Positions 57,346-64,000 of a stretch of 64,000 nucleotides of DNA are shown here, in pieces. The position numbers and the translations under genes are program-made. Source of the DNA: an uncultured Bacteroidota bacterium (GTDB lineage: Bacteria > Bacteroidota > Bacteroidia > Bacteroidales > M50B96); contig CALGAK010000041.1 in NCBI GenBank assembly GCA_937954085.1, positions 4,476 through 68,475 of the forward strand, read 5' to 3'. The notes under the pieces were generated by a model. The model saw only the letters and a list, made by a program, of their open reading frames with translations. It did no database searches and had not been told where the DNA came from. Positions within the stretch are counted from its first letter, which is position 1, and the number at the start of each line of letters is the position of its first letter.

Positions 57346-58611
57346 ATGAGTACACCACTGGCAGAACGAATGAGGCCCAAAAACCTCTCCGAATACATTG
57401 GACAACAACATTTGGTTGGCGAAAAGGCCATTTTGCGACAACTAATTCAAGCCAATCAACTTAGCTCGTTTATTCTTTGGGGGCCTCCCGGAGTGGGAAA
57501 AACTACTCTGGCTCGTATCATCTCATCCGAATTGGAACGCCCATTTTATACCTTGAGTGCTGTCAATTCCGGGGTTAAGGAAGTGCGCGAAACCATCGAT
57601 AAAGCGGCCAAAGCACGATTCTTTCACACAAAGAATCCAATCCTCTTCATCGATGAGATTCACCGTTTTAATAAATCGCAACAGGATTCCTTGTTAGCAG
57701 CGGTCGAAGACGGAACCATTACGCTGATTGGGGCCACGACCGAAAATCCGTCCTTCGAAGTAATCCCGCCACTCTTGTCGCGCTGTCAGATTTATGTATT
57801 AAAATCGCTCGACAAAGATGAATTGCTCTTTCTATTGAACGAGGCTCTTCGAAAAGATGTTGAGCTAAGTAAAAAGCAAATTGAATTGCAGGAGTCGGAT
57901 GCGCTTTTAATGCTCTCCGGTGGCGACGCTCGAAAACTATTCAATATGCTCGAAATCGTGGTGAATGCCCATCCCCACGATTCATTCGCAATCACCAACG
58001 ATGCTGTTCTCGCTTGTGTTCAGCAGAATAAACTTCCCTACGACAAAAAAGGGGAGTTCCATTACGATGTAATATCCGCTTTTATCAAATCGGTTCGGGG
58101 CAGCGACCCGCAAGCAGCGGTGTATTGGTTGGCTCGAATGATTGAAGGTGGCGAAGAAGCGCGATTCATTGCTCGTCGGATGATTATCCTGGCTGCCGAG
58201 GATATCGGGTTAGCCAATCCCAATGCTCTGCTGCTGGCTAATACCTGTTTCGATGCCGTTCATAAAATTGGTTGGCCGGAATCGCGGATAATTTTATCTC
58301 AGACAGCAATTTACCTGGCAGCTTCGCCCAAAAGTAATTCGGCTTATCTGGCCATTAACGAAGCGCAACAAGAAGTAACTCGAAGCGGAAATTTACCGGT
58401 CCCACTGAGTTTACGGAATACGCCCACTAAACTGATGAAGGATTTGGGTTATGGCGATGGATACCGCTATGCACACGATTTCCCGGGAAGCTTCGCCCCA
58501 ATGGAGTTTATGCCCGATGCTCTCCAAGGGAAAAGTTTCTACACTCCTAAGGAAAATGCTCGTGAAAAGGAATTGGGTGCTTATTTGAAAAAATGTTGGG
58601 GAAAAGGATGA
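57346..58611 (+). CDS. rarA: Replication-associated recombination protein A (MgsA/RarA AAA+ ATPase)
   Basis: [20 protein letters not shown], Walker [12 protein letters not shown], Walker [12 protein letters not shown] and the C-terminal MgsA domain ([26 protein letters not shown]). Confidence 0.93.
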   Translation: MSTPLAERMRPKNLSEYIGQQHLVGEKAILRQLIQANQLSSFILWGPPGVGKTTLARIISSELERPFYTLSAVNSGVKEVRETIDKAAKARFFHTKNPILFIDEIHRFNKSQQDSLLAAVEDGTITLIGATTENPSFEVIPPLLSRCQIYVLKSLDKDELLFLLNEALRKDVELSKKQIELQESDALLMLSGGDARKLFNMLEIVVNAHPHDSFAITNDAVLACVQQNKLPYDKKGEFHYDVISAFIKSVRGSDPQAAVYWLARMIEGGEEARFIARRMIILAAEDIGLANPNALLLANTCFDAVHKIGWPESRIILSQTAIYLAASPKSNSAYLAINEAQQEVTRSGNLPVPLSLRNTPTKLMKDLGYGDGYRYAHDFPGSFAPMEFMPDALQGKSFYTPKENAREKELGAYLKKCWGKG

Positions 58612-58686
58612 ACAATGCATCTGAAAGTCCGAGAAAAACACAGCCATGACTTACGCTTTTGCTAAAACTCTGCTAACTTGCCCCGC

Positions 58687-60816
58687 ATGAAAAGAATTCC
58701 CGGCATCTTGCTGCTGCTTGCAGTTATTGTAGCTTCTAACTTCTTTGTTTCGTGTCGATTAGGTAGCGATGGACCTTCGTGGGATGTTCAAGTAATGGCC
58801 CCCTTAGCCTCCGGCGAACTGAGCATTGAAAACCTGATTCCCGATTCGGTTATGCAAGAGGATGAAGACCACTTTATTCGACTGGTCTTTGAACAGGATA
58901 TTTATGAATTGAAAATGACCGATTTCCTCAATATGCCCGATACAAACTATCAATTTGCTGCCTACCTCGATTCCATTAAGCTAAATCCGCTGGAAGTGAT
59001 GCAGGCCATTACCCTTGGCGATATTTTTACCGAAACAGGTCTTGCTCTCTTCATTCCCGATGGCTCCACTACATCGATTCCCGCTCTTAATGGAATCAGC
59101 TCGAATAATCTTCAAATCGATGCCAGTGAATACTTTACAACCATGACACTTGCGGAAGGCCTGCTAGATATTCGGATCCAGAATAACCTCCCAGTAGCTA
59201 TCACTAATTTGGTTTTTGAAGTGCTCAATGCTAGTGATTTAACGCTTATTTCTCGGGATACCTTCAGCATAATCTATCCGGGTACCATGGAGTTGAAAAC
59301 CATTAATCTGGCAGAAAAAACCATCGAAGGAAACCTCGTCGCTAATATTGTCAATATGGGAACTCCCGGCAGCGGCGGACAAGCAGTTTTAATCAATTAT
59401 GCCGATGCCTTGGAAACGACCTTCAAGGTTTACAACATCCGTCCGTATTCCGCCACCGCTATATTCCCATCGCAAGATTTGATCGATAAGGGTGATGTGC
59501 TCATTTTTGGCATCAATGAAATAGCCCTCAATTCCATTATCGTCCGATCCGGCGTTATGACCATCGAAGGGTATAATACAGTGGAAGATCCGGTTGAGTT
59601 TATGTACGAACTCCCCGCACTCATAAAAGGAACCGATACGTTCTCGGTCGATGGGGTTATTGCAGCCGGATCCAATGGCCAGGCTTCAGTATTACAAATG
59701 GAACACGATGTTTCAGGCTACGATTTGAATCTTCAAGGTCCCGGCTATGTCGAGAGTCAGGTTGGTGCCGATTTAAATGCAAACGGGATCATTGACGCCG
59801 ATACGATTAACACGGTTTTTTTCCTTTCGCGCGCTAGCATCGATTCTACTGGAAACTTAATTTCGCTATCGCTTCAGGATAGTTTCATTTTTCGCTCGGC
59901 CCTGCGCGATTTAATTCCCGAATACGCTTCCGGATTTCTAGGCAGGGATACGCTCGAAGCTACAGGAATTGCTGAACTCGATTTTCCGGATATTTTTGAT
60001 CCTGGCTCGGTCGATCTGGAACAAACCCGTCTGCGACTAAAAGTTAGCAATCAGTTGGGCCTGCAGGCGAAGGTTACTTTAGAACAGCTAAAGGCTCATA
60101 ATACAACCCATGGATTAAGCGAGGATCTGGAGACAGCCGTTTCCCCCGAATTATTCATTGAAAAGCCAATCGACCCGCACTCCATTCAATTGGATGTTAT
60201 TCCTACGGTAAGCTATTTTGAACTCAACGAAACGAATTCCAACATAAACGAATTGACGGCCTTATCGCCTAACCAAGTTGAATATCAATTGCAAGTCTTT
60301 TTAAATCACAATCAGCCAATTCCTCCAATTGGAGCCGGAACCGATTTTATTTATGAGCGAAGCCGGCTCAAGGCAGCCCTCGAAATGGAAGTGCCTTTGT
60401 CGTTGATTGCCACGCATTTTAATCTCGAAGATACCTTGCAATGGAACACCTCTCTCGACGAACTGGAGGAGGTGTCAAACGGACGTCTTTATGCCTTGGT
60501 CGATAATTCTTTCCCTTTCGAGGCCAGTATCGAATTGAGTCTGTTGGATACCTTAACAGGCGAGTTGGAGCCAATGGTCATGCTGGCGAATCAAATCGAA
60601 GCGGGTAGTTCCGATGGCATAAATCACGACTACGCTCGCTCGGTTCTGGAAATTCCTGTAGATGAGCAATTAATGGTCAAGTTACAGTCTCCACAAGCTA
60701 TCCTCGCTCGAATAAACTTCCGCACGATTCCTACCAATGAGTATGTGAAGATTTATAGTACACAGCGGCTGAACATTAAACTTACGGCCGATTTTTCTTA
60801 TCAAATTAAACCCTAG
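58687..60816 (+). CDS. Hypothetical 709-aa lipoprotein with no domain I recognise
   Basis: MKRIPGILLLLAVIVASNFFVSC, a signal peptide with a lipobox Cys. The ATG at 58687 is preferred over the tracked TTG at 58678. The msbA-like gene follows after 21 nt. Confidence 0.6.
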   Translation: MKRIPGILLLLAVIVASNFFVSCRLGSDGPSWDVQVMAPLASGELSIENLIPDSVMQEDEDHFIRLVFEQDIYELKMTDFLNMPDTNYQFAAYLDSIKLNPLEVMQAITLGDIFTETGLALFIPDGSTTSIPALNGISSNNLQIDASEYFTTMTLAEGLLDIRIQNNLPVAITNLVFEVLNASDLTLISRDTFSIIYPGTMELKTINLAEKTIEGNLVANIVNMGTPGSGGQAVLINYADALETTFKVYNIRPYSATAIFPSQDLIDKGDVLIFGINEIALNSIIVRSGVMTIEGYNTVEDPVEFMYELPALIKGTDTFSVDGVIAAGSNGQASVLQMEHDVSGYDLNLQGPGYVESQVGADLNANGIIDADTINTVFFLSRASIDSTGNLISLSLQDSFIFRSALRDLIPEYASGFLGRDTLEATGIAELDFPDIFDPGSVDLEQTRLRLKVSNQLGLQAKVTLEQLKAHNTTHGLSEDLETAVSPELFIEKPIDPHSIQLDVIPTVSYFELNETNSNINELTALSPNQVEYQLQVFLNHNQPIPPIGAGTDFIYERSRLKAALEMEVPLSLIATHFNLEDTLQWNTSLDELEEVSNGRLYALVDNSFPFEASIELSLLDTLTGELEPMVMLANQIEAGSSDGINHDYARSVLEIPVDEQLMVKLQSPQAILARINFRTIPTNEYVKIYSTQRLNIKLTADFSYQIKP

Positions 60817-60837
60817 GGCCTCAATTAGTCTTTCCTC

Positions 60838-62658
60838 ATGCGTAAAATTGCCTACATCCTAAGCTTTGTTTTTCCCAAATATACCCGAAGGGCGCTAACC
60901 AATTTTAGCTTTGTATTACTCTCCACGGTTTTTGGACTCGGATCGTTTACCATGGTCATTCCTTTTCTGGGAATACTTTTTAAAAGCACTGAGCCAGTAA
61001 CCGAAATGCTTCCCTGGGAGCTTAACTTCGATACCTTAAAGCATAATTTGTACTATTATTTGTCCGAGTGGAGTGCCTCGGATCCGGTCAAGTCCTTAGC
61101 TTACGTATCCTTGCTGGTAATTATCTTGGTTTTTCTCAAGACGGCTTTCCTTTACTTGGCTAAATATCACCTGGCTCCCCTTCGAACAGGCGTGGTGCGG
61201 GATATTCGTAACAAGATTTATAAGAAAATCGTTCGGCTTCCGCTTGGTTTCTTTTCACACGAACGAAAAGGGGATATTATTTCGCGAACTACTGCCGATG
61301 TACAAGAAGTAGAAATATCTGTAATTGGTTCACTAGCTATCATTTTCAAAGACCCCATCAGTATTTTATTGTCGGTTGGGTTGCTCTTGTCCATGAGTGT
61401 TAAACTTACCCTCGTTTCATTTCTGGTATTGCCGGTTGCCGGCTATCTCATCGGGGTAATTGGCAAGAGCTTGCGACGCAAATCGGCCAGAGCACAAAAT
61501 AAATTGGGAGAGCTTCTTTCAATTATTGAGGAAACCTTAGGTGGAATTCGCATCATTCATGCATTTAACGCTGAAAAGCGGGCTGAGTCGCGCTTTGAAG
61601 CTCAAAATGAGCATTATACCAGTTTGATGAATAAGCTTTGGCGTCGAAGAGATTTGGCCGTTCCTGTTAGTGAATTTCTCGCCACTTCTGCCATTGTTTT
61701 TATTTTGGTGTACGGAGGAACGCGCGTACTAACCGGTAGTTTGGATATGCCTCCGGAAGATTTCTTCGCCTTTATCATCGTCTTTTCTCAAATTATTCAA
61801 CCAGCCAAAGATCTATCCAATGCTTGGTACAGTATCCAAAAAGGAATGGCTTCGATGGATCGGATTGATAAGATTTTATATGCCGAGGAAAAAATTTCAG
61901 AGAAGGAAAATGCTCTGCCTATCAAAGGATTTGACAAGCAAATTGAGTGGAAAGATGTTTCATTTAGTTACGGGAATGATTGGGTGCTTAAAAATATTAA
62001 CCTAACCCTTACCAAAGGGAAAGTGATTGCTTTGGTTGGCCAATCGGGCTCGGGTAAATCGACCTTAGTCGATTTATTGCCACGCTTTTACGATCTCGAG
62101 CAAGGGGCCATCGAAATTGATGGAATCGATATTCGCGATTACCGATTGCATGAGTTGAGAGCTTTATTCGGTATCGTTAATCAGGAGAGTATTTTGTTTA
62201 ACGACAGTATTGCTGAAAACATTGCTTTTGGAGTTGAACATGCTGAACGCGACGAGATTATCCAAGCTGCTAAGATCGCCAATGCGCATGAGTTTATACT
62301 GGAAACGCCCGATGGCTATGATACCAATATTGGCGATAGGGGAGGGAAATTAAGCGGCGGTCAACGGCAGCGTCTTAGCATTGCGCGAGCAGTATTGGCT
62401 AATCCGCAGGTATTGATCCTCGATGAAGCCACTTCGGCACTCGATAGTGAGTCCGAGCGTTTGGTGCAGAGTGCTTTGTCTCGTTTAATGGAGAACCGAA
62501 CAGCCATTATCATTGCCCATCGCTTATCGACCATTGTGAATGCCGATGAAATTTGTGTGTTGCACGAAGGAGAAATCATTGAAAGGGGAACGCACGACGA
62601 ACTATTACAAAAAAATGGAGCCTACAAAAAACTACACGACTTTCAGTATTTCAGTTAA
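60838..62658 (+). CDS. ABC transporter, fused permease/ATPase, MsbA-like exporter
   Basis: Six-TM exporter domain, Walker A GQSGSGKST, signature LSGGQRQR and Walker B LILDEATSALD. Confidence 0.88.
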   Translation: MRKIAYILSFVFPKYTRRALTNFSFVLLSTVFGLGSFTMVIPFLGILFKSTEPVTEMLPWELNFDTLKHNLYYYLSEWSASDPVKSLAYVSLLVIILVFLKTAFLYLAKYHLAPLRTGVVRDIRNKIYKKIVRLPLGFFSHERKGDIISRTTADVQEVEISVIGSLAIIFKDPISILLSVGLLLSMSVKLTLVSFLVLPVAGYLIGVIGKSLRRKSARAQNKLGELLSIIEETLGGIRIIHAFNAEKRAESRFEAQNEHYTSLMNKLWRRRDLAVPVSEFLATSAIVFILVYGGTRVLTGSLDMPPEDFFAFIIVFSQIIQPAKDLSNAWYSIQKGMASMDRIDKILYAEEKISEKENALPIKGFDKQIEWKDVSFSYGNDWVLKNINLTLTKGKVIALVGQSGSGKSTLVDLLPRFYDLEQGAIEIDGIDIRDYRLHELRALFGIVNQESILFNDSIAENIAFGVEHAERDEIIQAAKIANAHEFILETPDGYDTNIGDRGGKLSGGQRQRLSIARAVLANPQVLILDEATSALDSESERLVQSALSRLMENRTAIIIAHRLSTIVNADEICVLHEGEIIERGTHDELLQKNGAYKKLHDFQYFS

Positions 62659-62730
62659 GGCTTTAGGCTGACAAGAAACCATGTCGAAGTTGGGAAAAGG
62701 GCTTAATAACTCAGTTAAACGAAAAGAAGT

Positions 62731-63681
62731 ATGAGAATTAGCGGATTTACGATGGGGAAGAATACCCTTAAATTGTACTATCCTATGAAACAGGCGATTG
62801 AATCGATTTTGCCAATTTGCGATGAGTTTGTAGTGGCCTTGGGCGATAGCGATTCCGACGATAAAACGCGCGAAGCGATTCTAAGCATTGGCTCTGATAA
62901 AATTAAAATCATCGATACCGTTTGGGATATAGAAAAGTATCCGCGAGGCATGGAAAATGCGCATCAAACCGATATCGCTAAACAGCATTGCACCGGCGAC
63001 TGGCTTTTTTATTTGCAAGCCGACGAGGTGGTTCACGAAAAAGATTTACCCGCTATTCGCGAGCGTTGCGAAGAATTATTGAACGATCGGGAGGTGGAAG
63101 GTTTACTCTTCCGGTATCATCATTTTTGGGGCGATTACGACCATGCCCACAACTCGCATAAATGGTATAAAAACGAGATTCGGATTGTTCGCAACGACCC
63201 CGAGATTCACTCCTGGGAATCGGCTCAATCTTTTCGTCGCATCCCTAACTTCGATATGCTAAATTATCGCCAGCAGGAGGGTACTTTTAAGTTGAAAGTT
63301 GCTCGTGTCGATGCTCATATCTACCACTACGGTTGGGTGCGTCCGCCGGAATTAATGCGAACTAAAACGAAGGCACTCGATACGATTCATAAAGGGAAAC
63401 AATGGGTGGAGAATGCTCGTGAACATCAAATCGATTATTACGACTACGGTCCTTTGCATTTGGTAGAACGATTTGAGGGGACTCATCCGGCAGTGATGCA
63501 AACCTGGATAGCCGATTTCCATTGGAAACATCAGCTTCAGTATGAAGGGAAACCGAATCCTAACCGCCGAAAGCACAAGCATGAACGCTTGCGCTACCGG
63601 TTGTTATCCTGGATTGAAAACCACCTTCTGGGTGGAAATACCATTGGTGGGTTTAAAAATTACCTCTTGCTTAAACGCTAA
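62731..63681 (+). CDS. Glycosyltransferase-like (GT-A fold) protein
   Basis: The N-terminal pattern FTMGKNTLKLYYPMKQAIESILPICDEFVVALGDSDSDDKT...LFYLQADEV resembles GT2-like nucleotide-sugar binding and DxD regions. Function is uncertain. Confidence 0.55.
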   Translation: MRISGFTMGKNTLKLYYPMKQAIESILPICDEFVVALGDSDSDDKTREAILSIGSDKIKIIDTVWDIEKYPRGMENAHQTDIAKQHCTGDWLFYLQADEVVHEKDLPAIRERCEELLNDREVEGLLFRYHHFWGDYDHAHNSHKWYKNEIRIVRNDPEIHSWESAQSFRRIPNFDMLNYRQQEGTFKLKVARVDAHIYHYGWVRPPELMRTKTKALDTIHKGKQWVENAREHQIDYYDYGPLHLVERFEGTHPAVMQTWIADFHWKHQLQYEGKPNPNRRKHKHERLRYRLLSWIENHLLGGNTIGGFKNYLLLKR

Positions 63682-64000
63682 GATTTCATCGCTCGCTTCA
63701 AGGCTTCGTCGATGGTATCTTCCTCAGCCGAACGGGAATAAATCTCTTCCAGCAAGTGATTATACTTCGCATACAAGAATTTCCGCCTCAACTTGAGCGT
63801 GGGCGATAGTTCGCCACCTGCCGGAGTCCAATCTTCGCAAACAATCCGGAATTTCATAATGCGTTCTGTTTGACTTAATTGGCGGTTAATTTCACTTATC
63901 TCTTTCGAGAATAATTCCTGTACCTCGGGCAGTTTTACTAATTCCTGATTATCGCGAAATTGAATCTTGTTTTTCGACGACCAATCGTGTAAGTAATTGA
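63678..64000 (-). CDS. C-terminal end of a long-chain acyl-CoA synthetase (AMP-dependent synthetase/ligase); 5' part outside the window
   Basis: My own translation of the minus strand: ...EISEINRQLSQTERIMKFRIVCEDWTPAGGELSPTLKLRRKFLYAKYNHLLEEIYSRS...KRAMKS*. The E-R-I-x-K-F...GELTPTLKLKR pattern is typical of FadD-like C-termini. It is absent from the ORF track because the start codon lies outside the window. Confidence 0.7.
   Translation of the reverse strand, partial: NYLHDWSSKNKIQFRDNQELVKLPEVQELFSKEISEINRQLSQTERIMKFRIVCEDWTPAGGELSPTLKLRRKFLYAKYNHLLEEIYSRSAEEDTIDEALKRAMKS

Noticed and set aside
1-64000. Mobile elements, prophage, CRISPR arrays, defence islands and invertible promoters
   Set aside because: There are no transposase, integrase, recombinase, Cas or RT-like ORFs. 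I could find no spaced direct-repeat array and no long inverted repeats flanking the intergenic regions by eye. Gene content is core-like. A computational repeat search would be needed to fully exclude short inverted repeats.

Overview
This is a high-coding-density chromosomal segment (about 43 genes) that I assign to a Bacteroidota genome. Three lines of evidence support that. Four proteins end in type-A T9SS sorting domains (YPNP...) and two end in type-B 'gliding-motility C-terminal' domains. TAnnTTTG -7 promoter boxes sit 15-80 nt upstream of a dozen start codons. No Shine-Dalgarno sequences are evident. Housekeeping genes present are prs-rplY(ctc)-pth, plsY, engB, ccsBA, tamB, zupT, rarA, an msbA-like ABC exporter and an addB-like nuclease. 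These are interleaved with three other gene sets. (i) Six T9SS cargo genes: a partial one at the 5' edge, a 1474-aa PKD-repeat protein, two tandem gingipain-like C25 peptidases, a BNR/Asp-box protein and a 1337-aa beta-propeller-repeat protein. (ii) A co-directional acyl-phosphate fermentation cluster, pta-hbd-ackA-ptb-buk, followed by a membrane GT2. (iii) An M16 peptidase and a POT peptide transporter. Together these suggest a proteolytic, peptide-fermenting lifestyle. I saw no tRNA/rRNA, CRISPR array, transposase, integrase, reverse transcriptase or recognisable defence or toxin-antitoxin genes. I did not find a clear novel multi-gene system. The best leads are: the Kgp-like/Rgp-like C25 tandem with a shared C-terminal module; the split fermentation operon; a monocistronic hyper-acidic 98-aa protein with its own promoter and terminator; an untracked 41-aa lipoprotein ORF with a perfect promoter box; a TamB N-terminus that needs a non-canonical start; and a run of overlapping or abutting convergent gene ends. 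All functional calls come from motif recognition by eye, and no database search was run.
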